Below the pieces are notes generated by a model that was not told where the DNA came from, made no database searches, and saw only the letters and a list, made by a program, of their open reading frames with translations. 64,000 nt of DNA from Pseudomonadota bacterium (GTDB lineage: Bacteria > Pseudomonadota > Gammaproteobacteria > Burkholderiales > Burkholderiaceae_C): positions 3,271 through 67,270 of the forward strand of contig CAUJIM010000093.1 of NCBI GenBank assembly GCA_963205335.1, read 5' to 3'. Both the position numbers and the translations under genes were made by a program. The first letter of the stretch is position 1, and each line of letters opens with the position of its first letter. Shown here in pieces: positions 54,748 through 64,000 of the stretch.

Positions 54748-54801
54748 TGCGCGATGGCCGCACCCGCTTGCCCTGTCGGTGGGCGCATTTCGACCAGCGG
54801 G

Positions 54802-55599
54802 TCAGGGAGCTATGAAGCGCTTGCTGGCGAAGCCCAGCCGCTTGCCGGCGGCAACGTCCACCGGCATCACCGTGACGACGTACTCGCGGCCGGCGCGCAG
54901 CGGCGGCACCGACGCCGGCGGCTTCAACTCGAAGGTGGTCAGCGTACCGCCCACCGCATCCAACAGCCACTGCCACACCACCGGATTGCCGGCATCGGGT
55001 GTCTTGGCAATTTCGGGATCCAGCACACCGACCAGGCTGTGGCTCGATCCAGGCGGCGGAACGAAGCTGACGGAGGCGCCCTTGGCGTCGATGGTGAAGT
55101 CCGGGGGGGTGCTCTTCTCGACCGCAAACAGTTCCCAGGTGCCTTTCGGTGCGATGTAGTAATCGATGCAGTCTTTGACGTGGATGGGCTGCTTGCCCTT
55201 GTCGACCGTGTAGGTTCCGCTGTAGTTCTCATCCGCGGCGGCACGGCCACCGACGAAACCGCCCGTCTGCGCCGTGCCATCGATGGTGCCGGCCCAATCG
55301 CCGGCCAGTGCGTCGGCGGTCTTGGTGCCACTGATCTTGCCCACGTTGCTCGTTTGACAGCCCTCGTAGGTGAAGTACATGCTGCCGGAGAAGCTGCCGT
55401 CGTCCTTGGGGAGGTTCAGGACGGTGACACCCGCAGTCGGATCCTCGGAGTTGTCGGCCGCGTCTTCCCAGTAATAACCGACGTAGAGGTCATGCGTGGG
55501 CGCTGCGCCGTCGCCGCCGCTGCCACCTCCACCGCCTCAGGCGCCCAGCATCGCGGTGGCCACGACGAATGGCAAAACCAGTGAAAAACCCAATTTCAT
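54802..55599 (-). pseudogene. Lipoprotein gene with in-frame TGA at the lipobox cysteine (pseudogene, error or recoding)
   Basis: GGAGGAG SD, MKLGFSLVLPFVVATAMLGA*GGGGGSGGDG...; TGA at 55539-55537 (codon 21), frame then open to 54802. Confidence 0.75.
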
Positions 55600-55764
55600 G
55601 TGTGCTCCTCCCCAGGGGATCGAAGATGTGTTGCTTGGCCACGCGCGTGCGCGCTCGTTCGCCGGTGCCGCGCTCGATCAAATACCCGCACCAATTCGTT
55701 CAATCATATCTTAATCAACGATAGTTTTTTACTTACAAACAAAGCGCGACATGCATCCTGCATC

Positions 55765-55827
55765 GCAATGCTTTCGATAGCTGCTCGCGCTTGATCTGCA
55801 AGGGGAAAAGTCGCTTTTCACCAAGAT
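55765..55827. repeat. Dispersed element copy E8
   Basis: GCA-atgctttcgat-AGC-tgctc-GCGCTTG-atctg-CAAgggg...gcttttcaccaagat. Confidence 0.75.
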
Positions 55828-55977
55828 CCTGCAGATCGGCCTTTCACCTCGCCAACCCGCTGAGCGGCCTGCTGCTGGCGCACCCGGTGCCGGGCAGCGC
55901 CATCCTGCCCGCCACCCGTCCGGCGCCAGGCGCGCCGCGCGCGTGAGGCGAGCGCGCCGCCGCGGCCCGGGCACGGC

Positions 55978-57540
55978 TCAGGCCGAGGTGCGGATGAGGT
56001 GGTCGAACGCGCCGAGCGCCGCCGTCGCCCCCGCGCCCGCCGCGATCACGATCTGCTTGTAGGGCACCGTGGTGCAGTCGCCCGCCGCGAACACGCCGGG
56101 CACGCTGGTCTGGCCCTTGGCGTCGATCACGATCTCGCCGAACCTGGACAGCTCCACCGTGCCCTTGAGCCAGTCGGTGTTGGGCAGCAGGCCGATCTGC
56201 ACGAAGATGCCGGCGAGCTCCATCTGCCGCGCCTCGCCGCTGGCGCGGTCCTTCCAGGCCAGGCCCGTGACCTTGCTGCCGTCGCCCAGCACCTCGGTGG
56301 TCTGGGCATTGAGCACCACGTCCACGTTGGGCAGGCTGGCGAGCTTCTTCTGCAGCACCGCATCGGCCTTGAGCTCGGGCATGAACTCGAACACCGTCAC
56401 GTGCTCCACCACGCCCGCGAGGTCGATCGCCGCCTCCACGCCCGAGTTGCCGCCGCCGATCACCGCCACGCGCTTGCCCTTGTACAGCGGCCCGTCGCAG
56501 TGCGGGCAGTAGGCCACGCCCTTGGTGCGGTACTGGTCTTCGCCGGGCACGTTGATGTTGCGCCAGCGCGCGCCGGTCGAGAGGATGACGGTCCTGGCTT
56601 TGAGCACGCCGCCGTTTTCCATCTCCACCTCGATCAGGCCGCCCGGCTCGGCCGCGGGCCGCAAGGCCTTGGCGCGCTGCAGGTTCATCACGTCCACCTC
56701 GTACCGGCGCACGTGCTCCAGCAGCGCACTGGAGAACTGCGGCCCCTCGGTGTGCGGGACGGAGATATAGTTCTCGATGTCGAGCGTGTCGTTCACCTGC
56801 CCGCCGAAGCGCTCTGCCGCCACGCCCGTGCGTATGCCCTTGCGCGCGGCGTAGACCGCGGCCGCCGCGCCGGCCGGGCCGCCGCCGACGATGAGCACGT
56901 CGAACGCGTCCTTGGCCGAGAGCTTGGCGGCTTCGCGCCTGGCGGCGCCGGTGTCGAGCCTGGCGACGATCTCGGCCAGCTCCATGCGCCCCGCGCCGAA
57001 CACCTCGCCATTGAGGTACACCATGGGCACGGCCATGATCTCGCGCTGCTCCACTTCCTTCTGGAACGCGCCGCCCTCGATCACCGTGGTCTTGACGCGC
57101 GGGTTGAGGATGGCCATGAGCGAGAGCGCCTGCACCACGTCGGGGCAGTTGTGGCAGGACAGGCTCATGTAGACCTCGAAGTCGAAGTCGCCGTCGAGCG
57201 CCTCGACCTGATCGATCAGGTCCTGCTCCACCTTCGGCGGATGGCCGCCGGTCCACAGCAGCGCCAGCACCAAAGAGGTGAATTCATGGCCCAGAGGCAG
57301 GCCGGCAAAGCGCAAGCTGCTATTGCTTCCAGAGCGTTGCAGCGTGAAAGAGGGCTTGCGCGCGTCCTGCCCGTCGAGCCGGAGCGTGATCTTGTCGCCG
57401 CGCATCGCCTGGATGGTGGTGAGCAGCTCGCGCATGTCGGCCGAAGCCTCGCTCTCGTCCAGCGAGGCCACGATGGTGAACGGCTGCACCACGCGCTCCA
57501 GGTAGGCGGCAAGTTGGGTCTTCAATGAGTCGTCAAACAT
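55978..57540 (-). CDS. ahpF: Alkyl hydroperoxide reductase subunit F
   Basis: [42 protein letters not shown]. Confidence 0.97.
   Translation of the reverse strand: MFDDSLKTQLAAYLERVVQPFTIVASLDESEASADMRELLTTIQAMRGDKITLRLDGQDARKPSFTLQRSGSNSSLRFAGLPLGHEFTSLVLALLWTGGHPPKVEQDLIDQVEALDGDFDFEVYMSLSCHNCPDVVQALSLMAILNPRVKTTVIEGGAFQKEVEQREIMAVPMVYLNGEVFGAGRMELAEIVARLDTGAARREAAKLSAKDAFDVLIVGGGPAGAAAAVYAARKGIRTGVAAERFGGQVNDTLDIENYISVPHTEGPQFSSALLEHVRRYEVDVMNLQRAKALRPAAEPGGLIEVEMENGGVLKARTVILSTGARWRNINVPGEDQYRTKGVAYCPHCDGPLYKGKRVAVIGGGNSGVEAAIDLAGVVEHVTVFEFMPELKADAVLQKKLASLPNVDVVLNAQTTEVLGDGSKVTGLAWKDRASGEARQMELAGIFVQIGLLPNTDWLKGTVELSRFGEIVIDAKGQTSVPGVFAAGDCTTVPYKQIVIAAGAGATAALGAFDHLIRTSA
57274..57335. 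repeat. Partial intragenic element copy overlaid on ahpF
   Basis: Minus strand GCT-ctggaagcaat-AGC-agctt-GCGCTTT with a local run of AT-ending codons. Confidence 0.55.
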
Positions 57541-57576
57541 GGTTTCTCTCCTGCGAACCGGACAAAAGCGGGCATG

Positions 57577-57622
57577 AAAAAGCCGGACGGCAAGGCGCAC
57601 GCGCGCCCTGCGCCTGTCCGGC
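57577..57622 (-). terminator. Hairpin/attenuating terminator between ahpC and ahpF
   Basis: Minus strand GCCGGAC...GCAGGGCGC-gcgt-GCGCCTTGC-cGTCCGGC-TTTTT. Confidence 0.65.
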
Positions 57623-57639
57623 CCGAAGCAAGCGCTGGG

Positions 57640-58215
57640 TCAGATCTTGCCGACGAGGTCGAGCGACGGCGTCAGCGTCTTGGCGCCTTCCTTCCACTTG
57701 GCCGGGCAGACCTGGTCGGGGTGGGCGGCGGTGAACTGCGCGGCCTTGAGCTTGCGCAGGGTTTCCGACACGTCGCGGGCGATCTCGTTGGAATGCACTT
57801 CCATGGTCTTGATCACGCCATCGGGGTTGATCACGAAGGTGCCGCGCAGCGCCAGGCCCTCTTCGGGAATGTGCACGCCGAAGGCGTTGGTGAGCTGGTG
57901 CGTCGGGTCGCCGACCAGCGGGAACTTGGCCTTGCCCACGGCGTCGGAGGTCTCGTGCCACACCTTGTGCGAGAAATGCGTGTCGGTGGTGACGATGTAG
58001 ACCTCGGCACCGGCCTTCTGGAACTCGGCGTAGTGCTCGGCCGCGTCCTCGATCTCGGTCGGGCAGTTGAAGGTGAAGGCGGCGGGCATGAAGATCACCA
58101 CCGACCACTTGCCCTTGAGCGTCTGCTCGGTCACTTCGACGAATTCACCCTTGCCGCCGCGGTTGACGAAGGCAGTGGTCTTGAAGGGTTGCACTTGGGT
58201 GTTGATCAGCGACAT
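57640..58215 (-). CDS. ahpC: Alkyl hydroperoxide reductase subunit C (peroxiredoxin)
   Basis: PAAFTFNCPTE peroxidatic and VCPAKW resolving motifs; TLTPSLDLVGKI. Confidence 0.97.
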   Translation of the reverse strand: MSLINTQVQPFKTTAFVNRGGKGEFVEVTEQTLKGKWSVVIFMPAAFTFNCPTEIEDAAEHYAEFQKAGAEVYIVTTDTHFSHKVWHETSDAVGKAKFPLVGDPTHQLTNAFGVHIPEEGLALRGTFVINPDGVIKTMEVHSNEIARDVSETLRKLKAAQFTAAHPDQVCPAKWKEGAKTLTPSLDLVGKI

Positions 58216-58292
58216 GGTTTACTCCTTGGGTGAATGGGCTACGTACAAACCCTATGATAACGGGCCAAGCTCATTTTTCCAGTTTTCATAAT

Positions 58293-58318
58293 CAATGACT
58301 GTCATAGAAGACGCCAAT
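58293..58318. promoter_or_regulatory. Partial OxyR box between ahpC and bfr
   Basis: Minus strand ATTG-N7-CTAT-N7-ATTG: three of four OxyR tetranucleotides at correct spacing. Confidence 0.55.
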
Positions 58319-58395
58319 CACCAGGGCTTGCTTGCCAGTGCCTGCACAGGTGTCCACAATCAGGCCAACGACCATCACGCTGACAAGGAGCATCC

Positions 58396-58872
58396 ATGAA
58401 AGGCGACGCACAAGCCGTTGCATACCTGCAGGCCCAGCTCAAGAACGAACTCACGGCCATCAACCAGTACTTCCTGCACTACCGCCTGCTCAAGCACTGG
58501 GGGTTTGACCGGCTGGCCAGGAAGGAACACGAAGAGTCCATCGGCGAGATGAAGCACGCCGACCTGCTGATGGACCGCATCCTCATGCTCGACGGACTGC
58601 CCAACCTGCAGGAGCTGGGCAAGCTGCAGGTGGGCGAGGACGTGCCCGAGATCCTGCAGTGCGACCTGCGCCTGGAGCGCGCGGCGCAGCAAACCGTCAA
58701 GGACGGCATGGCGCACTGCGAAAGCGTGCGCGACTACGTCTCGCGCGACCTGCTCGGGAAAATCCTGGACGACACCGAGGAGCACATCGACTTTCTCGAA
58801 ACGCAGATCGAGGTGCTGGCCAAGGTGGGCGTGCAGAACTACCTGCAGTCGCAGATGGGCGAACCGGGCTGA
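58396..58872 (+). CDS. bfr: Bacterioferritin
   Basis: MKGD, ELTAINQYFLH, EMKHAD (heme Met), LDGLPNLQ, EEHID. Confidence 0.97.
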   Translation: MKGDAQAVAYLQAQLKNELTAINQYFLHYRLLKHWGFDRLARKEHEESIGEMKHADLLMDRILMLDGLPNLQELGKLQVGEDVPEILQCDLRLERAAQQTVKDGMAHCESVRDYVSRDLLGKILDDTEEHIDFLETQIEVLAKVGVQNYLQSQMGEPG

Positions 58873-58914
58873 CCGGGGCGGCCCCCTCGCTCCACAACGG
58901 GCCACGGCCCGTTT

Positions 58915-59682
58915 TCAGTGCCGTCTTTCCTCTTCGGGGCGCAAGGTCAGCACCCGCACGCCATGCCCGGTCACGGCCACGGTGTGCTCGAACTGCGCGG
59001 ACAGCCGTCCGTCGCGCGTGACGACCGTCCAGCCATCATCTTCGGTCCGGACGGCGTGCCGCCCCTGGTTGACCATCGGCTCGATGGTGAACACCATGCC
59101 CTCCCGCAGCACCAGGCCCGTGCGCGGCCTGCCCCAGTGCAGCACCTGCGGCTCCTCGTGCATCTCGCGCCCGATGCCGTGGCCGCAATATTCCCGCACG
59201 ATGGAGTAGCCATTCCTGCGCGCGTGCCGCTCGATGGCATGGCCCACGTCGCCAAGCGTGGCGCCCGGGCGGACGGCCCGGATGCCTTGCCACATCGCCT
59301 CGTAGGCCGCCTGCACGAGCCGCCGGGCCGGCTGTGACACCGCGCCCACCAGATAGGTCTTGCTGGAATCGGCGATGTAGCCGTTTTTCTCCAGCGTGAT
59401 GTCGAAATTGACGATGTCCCCGTCCTGCAGGATCTCCGCCGTGGACGGGACGCCGTGGCAGACCACGGCGTTGCGGGAGGCGTTGAGCGCGTAGGCGTAC
59501 CCGTATTGGCCCTTGCTGGCCGGACGCGCGCCGAGTTCATGGACGATCAAGTCATCGACCAGATCGTTGACCTGCATGGTGGACATGCCGACCAGGCTCC
59601 ATCGATCCAGATGGCCGAACACCTGCGCCAGCAGCCTGCCCGACTCCGCCAGCAGCGCGATTTCCTCCGGCCGCTTGGTCAC
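58915..59682 (-). CDS. map: Type I methionyl aminopeptidase (probable second paralog), GTG start
   Basis: VVCHGVP, DGDIVNFDI, DSS, GHGIG..MHEEP, FTIEPM, AQFEHTV; GTGA overlap with upstream gene. Confidence 0.93.
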   Translation of the reverse strand: MTKRPEEIALLAESGRLLAQVFGHLDRWSLVGMSTMQVNDLVDDLIVHELGARPASKGQYGYAYALNASRNAVVCHGVPSTAEILQDGDIVNFDITLEKNGYIADSSKTYLVGAVSQPARRLVQAAYEAMWQGIRAVRPGATLGDVGHAIERHARRNGYSIVREYCGHGIGREMHEEPQVLHWGRPRTGLVLREGMVFTIEPMVNQGRHAVRTEDDGWTVVTRDGRLSAQFEHTVAVTGHGVRVLTLRPEEERRH

Positions 59683-59891
59683 GCCGGATGCGCCTTGGCG
59701 ACCTGGGCCACGACGCCCGCGGCCCGCAGCTCGCCGGCGACGATCTCGTTGAAGCTCTGCGTCGGGCTCATCTCGCACAGCATGCCGATCCTGATCCAGA
59801 AGGCCGCCTGCGCGTTGATCGAGCGGCACGACACGGCGCTCGCCTTGCGCAGCTGGTCGTGCAGGTCGTCGTCGATGTTCACGATGCCCAT
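59679..59891 (-). CDS. ParD-like family small ribbon-helix-helix protein
   Basis: MGIVNIDDDLHDQLRKAS.VSCRSINAQAAFWIRIGML.E..P. Confidence 0.85.
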   Translation of the reverse strand: MGIVNIDDDLHDQLRKASAVSCRSINAQAAFWIRIGMLCEMSPTQSFNEIVAGELRAAGVVAQVAKAHPA

Positions 59892-59902
59892 GCGGTCTTC
59901 CT

Positions 59903-59929
59903 TATATGAAACATATACGAATCATATAT
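59903..59929. promoter_or_regulatory. Tandem palindromic operator upstream of ParD-like/map
   Basis: TATATGAAACA-TATACGAATCA-TATAT: 11-bp period, two overlapping palindromes. Confidence 0.65.
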
Positions 59930-60115
59930 TCCTGCCGCCCATGGCGCAAGGGGTTTTTCGTGCCCGCGCCGACACCCGTGTCAGGCAAATGCCTACACGC
60001 GCCGTCGGCCTGGCCGACAGCAGGTACCGCCAGGCGCCGACTTATTTTTCGATTGAGCCGCTTTGACAATGCATTTCAACGGATCGCGCCGATCCGGCCC
60101 TGAAAGGAATGCACC

Positions 60116-60445
60116 ATGACCAACGAACAGCTGCTGTCCGAGATCCGCGAAGCCAACCTGAGCTACCTGATGCTGGCGCAAAACCTGATTCGCCAGGACA
60201 AGGCCGAAGCGGTGTTCCGCCTGGGACTCTCCGAGGAAGCAGCCGATATTCTCGTCGCGCTCTCCACCGCCCAAGTCCTCAAACTGGCCTCGCGCAACAC
60301 GCTTCTTTGCAGCTTCCGCGTCGACGACGAACTGGTCTGGAGCCTGCTCACCAACCACAACACGCCGACCAAGATCGCGTCGGACGCCACCAACACGCTG
60401 CACGCCAACATCCTGATGGCCAGCCGCATCTCCGAAGTGATCTGA
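60116..60445 (+). CDS. flhD: Flagellar master regulator FlhD
   Basis: EIREANLSYLMLAQ.LI..D...A.FRLG, LC.FR.DD, HA.IL. Confidence 0.95.
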   Translation: MTNEQLLSEIREANLSYLMLAQNLIRQDKAEAVFRLGLSEEAADILVALSTAQVLKLASRNTLLCSFRVDDELVWSLLTNHNTPTKIASDATNTLHANILMASRISEVI

Positions 60446-60457
60446 AGGACCAGCGCC

Positions 60458-60997
60458 ATGACCACCACCACGAAAAGCGTGCTCAACGAATCCCGCCAGA
60501 TCGAACGTGCCGCGATGCTGATCGAGATGGGCGCGCGCATGCAGGTGCTCGAATCGGAAACCTCGCTCTCCTACGAGCGCCTGATCCGCCTGTACAAGGA
60601 AGTCGCGGGGCGCTCGCCCTCCAAGGGGCAGCTGCCGTTCTCCACCGACTGGTTCCTCACCTGGCAGGAAAACATCCACAGCTCGCTGTTCCTCAACATC
60701 TACGAGTACCTCTCCAAGGGCGTCGACCTGGACGCGGTGGAGCTGCTCACCAAGGCGTACCGCCTCTACAGCGAGCAGGTGGAAACCGCCGAGATCGAGC
60801 CGCTGCTGTCGTTCACCCGCGCCTGGCGGCTGGTCAAGTTCATCGACGCGGGCATGCTCACGCGCACCAAGTGCAGCAAGTGCGGCGGCCAGTTCGTCAC
60901 CGAGCTGTACGAGAGCCGGCACTACACCTGCGGCCTGTGCAACCCGCCGGCGCGCGCAGGCAAGAGCAAGAACCGCAGCGCGCTCAAGCTGCATTGA
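60458..60997 (+). CDS. flhC: Flagellar master regulator FlhC
   Basis: GARMQVLE.ET.LS, RLYKE..G.SP.KG.LPFSTDWF, TRAW.LV, CSKC/CGLC zinc site. Confidence 0.96.
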   Translation: MTTTTKSVLNESRQIERAAMLIEMGARMQVLESETSLSYERLIRLYKEVAGRSPSKGQLPFSTDWFLTWQENIHSSLFLNIYEYLSKGVDLDAVELLTKAYRLYSEQVETAEIEPLLSFTRAWRLVKFIDAGMLTRTKCSKCGGQFVTELYESRHYTCGLCNPPARAGKSKNRSALKLH

Positions 60998-61043
60998 GAA
61001 GGCGCGGGCGACACGCGCCCGCCGGAGATGGAAAGAGCAGGCC

Positions 61044-61454
61044 ATGCAGATCGGCGCGCAAGCAATCCTCCCTGGCGCCAGCCAGCGCACGCAGGCGCCC
61101 TCCGCGGCAAGCGCCAACGCCGCGCCGTTCTCGTCCGCGCTGACGGCGGCATCCGCCGCCAGCGCGCCGGACTTCACCCGCATGACCCGCCAGGAAATGG
61201 CCGACTGGATGAACGGCGAAATCCGCGGAGGAAGAATGTCGCTCGACGACAGCGCACCCTTTCTGGGAATGACCATGAAGATCCCGGTGGCTGCTGGCCA
61301 GCCGGCAGCAATGGCCGCCGACGCCACGCGCACCGACTATCTCGAAAAAGCCCGCCTGGGCATCGAGGGCGCGCTGTCGCGCGGCGACCGGGACCTGGCC
61401 CGAAGGCTGCAGGCGGCCCTGGACACCATGCACCGAATCCAGGGACAGATCTGA
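61044..61454 (+). CDS. Hypothetical protein
   Basis: 136-aa ORF with low-complexity N-terminus then DFTRMTRQEMADWMN.EIR.G.MSLD; plausible codon usage. Confidence 0.7.
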   Translation: MQIGAQAILPGASQRTQAPSAASANAAPFSSALTAASAASAPDFTRMTRQEMADWMNGEIRGGRMSLDDSAPFLGMTMKIPVAAGQPAAMAADATRTDYLEKARLGIEGALSRGDRDLARRLQAALDTMHRIQGQI

Positions 61455-61457
61455 GCT

Positions 61458-61521
61458 TTTGGCAGTCAAATCCGGCGAAAGCGCCCGTCCCTGGCGCGCT
61501 GGCAGCTCCTCTTTTTGATCA
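61458..61521. repeat. Dispersed element copy E9 (between convergent genes; ends at flgO-like stop)
   Basis: GCGC-N11-GCGC at 61481-61499, tggca, GCT-cctctttttga. Confidence 0.7.
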
Positions 61522-62064
61522 ACGCTGCAGGAGTACGCGCACGTCGTCGTCGAGCGGCACCGCGTAGTCGTACGCGGCCAGCAGCTTCTGCCCGGGCTGC
61601 ACCAGCCGCAGGCTGACATACACCTGGCGCGCCGAGACGGCGTAGCTGCCGACGAGGGCCGGGGCGGGCTCGCGCGCCGGCAGCCCGATGGCCGGCGCCG
61701 CGGCGGGCCGCGCCAGTTCGGGCGGCGCGACGGGTACGCCGGCCTGCACCAGCGCGCTCGCCAGCTGGCCGGCCACGACGACGCCGAAACGCGCCTGCGC
61801 GCCCGCCGGGTCTATGTCGGTCAGGGCCTGCACCGCCACCTTCGCGTCGGGCGCGAGCGCCGCGTCCCACAGCAGCCGCCGCGCCGCGGCATGGCTGCTT
61901 TCGGCCAGGTTCTCGCGCATCAGGCTGCCGAGCGTGGGGCCGTGTTTCTCGCCGTAGTAATAGCCCGCGCAGCCGGGCAGCGCGGTGGCGATGGCCGACC
62001 ATTCGAGCAGCGCGCGCACCGCGTTGCGGCGCGTCGCGGGGGCGGAGACAGAGGCTTGGGACAT
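61519..62064 (-). CDS. FlgO-like predicted lipoprotein (start uncertain)
   Basis: TRRNAVR...ALPGC lipobox-like signal; FG..VA.QL...L.Q.G and VGSYAVS...VYVSLRLV....K.LAAYDY.VP. Confidence 0.6.
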   Translation of the reverse strand: MSQASVSAPATRRNAVRALLEWSAIATALPGCAGYYYGEKHGPTLGSLMRENLAESSHAAARRLLWDAALAPDAKVAVQALTDIDPAGAQARFGVVVAGQLASALVQAGVPVAPPELARPAAAPAIGLPAREPAPALVGSYAVSARQVYVSLRLVQPGQKLLAAYDYAVPLDDDVRVLLQR

Positions 62065-62151
62065 GCTCGCCATCGTAGGGCGCGCCGCGCGGGGCGATCG
62101 CCGCATCAGCGGGCGCTTTTCCGCCCCTTTCCAGCCCATCGGGGGACGGGT

Positions 62152-64000
62152 TCAGCCGGTGTTGCGCAGCCCCGCGGCGATGCCGTTGATGCTGATGTGG
62201 ATGCCGGTCTGCACCCGCTCGTCGTCCTGGCCGGCGCGCCAGCGGCGGATGAGTTCGACCTGCAGGTGGTGCAGCGGGTCGATGTAGGGGAAGCGGTGGC
62301 GGATGGAGCGCGCCAGCGCGCTGTTGTGCGCCAGGCGCTCCCGGTCGCCGGTGATGCGCGTGAGCGCCTCCATGGTGCGCTGCCACTCCACCTCGATGGC
62401 GCCGAACACCTTCTTGCGCAGGCGCGCGTCGGCCACGAGCTCGCCGTAGCGCTTGGCCAGCGCCAGGTCGCTCTTGGCGAGCACCATGTCCATGTTGGAT
62501 AGCAGCGTGCGAAAGAACGGCCACTGGCGGTGCATCCTGCGCAAGAGCGCCCAGCGGGCCTGTTCGTCCCTGCCCTCGGCGCCGACGAAGGCCTGCACCG
62601 CCGCGCCGAAGCCGTACCAGCCCGGCAGCGTGAGGCGGCACTGCCCCCAGCTGAAGCCCCAGGGAATCGCCCGCAGGTCCTCGATGCGCTGGCCCGCCTT
62701 GCGGCTGGCGGGGCGCGAGCCGATGTTCAGCTCGGCGATCTCGCGGATCGGCGTGGCGCCGAAGAAGTAGTCGGTGAAGCCCGGCGTCTCGTACACCAGC
62801 GCCCGGTAGGCGGCCATGCTGGCCTGGGAGAGCTCCTGCGCCGCCTGCAGGAAGGCCTTGGGCGCGGGCTTGGTCGGCTGCAACAGCGTGGCCTCGAGCG
62901 TGGCGGCCACCAGGGTTTCGAGGTTGCGCCGGCCGATCTCGGGGTTGGCGTACTTGGAGGCGATCACCTCGCCCTGCTCGGTCAGGCGGATCTGCCCGCG
63001 CACCGTGCCCGGCGGCTGCGCCAGGATGGCCTGGTAGCTCGGGCCGCCGCCGCGCCCCACGGTGCCGCCGCGGCCGTGGAACATGCGCATGCGGATGGCA
63101 TCGCCCGGCAGCGCGGCATTGAGCTCGTCGAACAGCGCCACCAGGGCGATCTCGGCGCGGTACAGCTCCCAGTTGCTGGTGAAGATGCCGCCGTCCTTGT
63201 TGCTGTCGCTATAGCCGAGCATGATGTCCTGCTCGGCGCCGCTGGCGCGCACCAGCTCGGCGATGCCCGGGATGGCGTAGTAGGCGCGCATGATGGGCGC
63301 GGCGTTGCGCAGATCCTCGATGGTCTCGAACAGCGGGCTGACGATGAGATCGGCGACGCAGTGCGCGTCCAGCGTGCCGCGCACCAGCCCCACCTCCTTT
63401 TGCAGCAGCAGCACTTCGAGCAGGTCGCTCACCGTCTCGGTGTGGCTGATGATGTAGTGGCGGATGGCCTCGGCGCCGTAGCGCCGGCGCAGGTCGAGCG
63501 CCGCCTCGAAGATGGCGAGCTCGCCGCGCGTGTGCTCGCTGTACTCGCCGCCCACCACGCGCAGCGGCCGGGCGTCGCGCAGCAGGCGGGTGAGCAGCGC
63601 CTGGCGCTGCGCCTCGTCCAGGCCGGCGTAGTCGGCCTCGACGCGCGCGGTGGCGAGCAGCTCGGCCACCACGCGCTCGTGCTGGTCGGAGCTCTGGCGC
63701 AGGTCGACCGTGGCGAGGTGCAAGCCGAAGACCTGGACGGCGCGGACCAGCGGGCGCAGGCGCTCGGTGGTCTGCGCCAGGCCCTTGTGCGCGTCCAGCG
63801 ACTGCTCGATCACGCGCAGATCGGCCAGGAACTCGCGGGCATCGGCGTAGGGCGGCAGTGCCGCCGCGGCCACCGCCGGCGCGCCGCCGGCGAGGGCGCG
63901 GTGCGTCGCGGCCAGCCGCGCGTAGACGCCGGTGAGCGCGCGGCGGTAGGGCTCGTCGCGCCGGTGCACGCTCTCGTCCTGCGAGCGCTCGGCCAGCGCC
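62152..64000 (-). CDS. ppc: Phosphoenolpyruvate carboxylase (5' part outside window)
   Basis: [51 protein letters not shown]. Confidence 0.98.
   Translation of the reverse strand, partial: ALAERSQDESVHRRDEPYRRALTGVYARLAATHRALAGGAPAVAAAALPPYADAREFLADLRVIEQSLDAHKGLAQTTERLRPLVRAVQVFGLHLATVDLRQSSDQHERVVAELLATARVEADYAGLDEAQRQALLTRLLRDARPLRVVGGEYSEHTRGELAIFEAALDLRRRYGAEAIRHYIISHTETVSDLLEVLLLQKEVGLVRGTLDAHCVADLIVSPLFETIEDLRNAAPIMRAYYAIPGIAELVRASGAEQDIMLGYSDSNKDGGIFTSNWELYRAEIALVALFDELNAALPGDAIRMRMFHGRGGTVGRGGGPSYQAILAQPPGTVRGQIRLTEQGEVIASKYANPEIGRRNLETLVAATLEATLLQPTKPAPKAFLQAAQELSQASMAAYRALVYETPGFTDYFFGATPIREIAELNIGSRPASRKAGQRIEDLRAIPWGFSWGQCRLTLPGWYGFGAAVQAFVGAEGRDEQARWALLRRMHRQWPFFRTLLSNMDMVLAKSDLALAKRYGELVADARLRKKVFGAIEVEWQRTMEALTRITGDRERLAHNSALARSIRHRFPYIDPLHHLQVELIRRWRAGQDDERVQTGIHISINGIAAGLRNTG

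Noticed and set aside
59679-59891. Canonical ParDE toxin-antitoxin system
   Set aside because: No ParE/RelE-like toxin adjacent; the partner gene is MetAP.

Overview
A GC-rich (roughly 70% by eye) betaproteobacterial chromosomal segment; gene content and order point to Comamonadaceae/Burkholderiales. It is mostly core genes: hemH (3' end), hslR, aspS, ubiE-Tim44-ubiJ-ubiB, beta-oxidation genes, two LIV-type ABC transporters, selO-msrB-yciB-bolA-ppiC, tRNA-Pro(UGG), infA, psd, aceA, panE, ppsA/ppsR, ahpCF, bfr, map, flhDC and ppc (partial). Two small catabolic cassettes are interspersed (AraC/ThDP enzyme/Bug/RidA; LLM monooxygenase/flavin reductase/wHTH regulator). I saw no transposase, integrase, prophage or CRISPR array. 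The most notable unexplained signal is a dispersed ~62-bp degenerate element (GCT-N11-AGC, 5 nt, GCGC-N11-GCGC, A/T tail; core WGCWKCYNGCGC) with about 13 copies. Nine lie at gene junctions, where some supply stop codons or Shine-Dalgarno sequences, and four lie inside genes: one encodes nearly a whole Sec signal peptide, and others overlay selO, ahpF and fmdB. Also notable: a lipoprotein gene with TGA exactly at the lipobox cysteine, and a ParD-like/MetAP operon with a tandem palindromic operator. All calls are by-eye motif recognition; no database searches were run.
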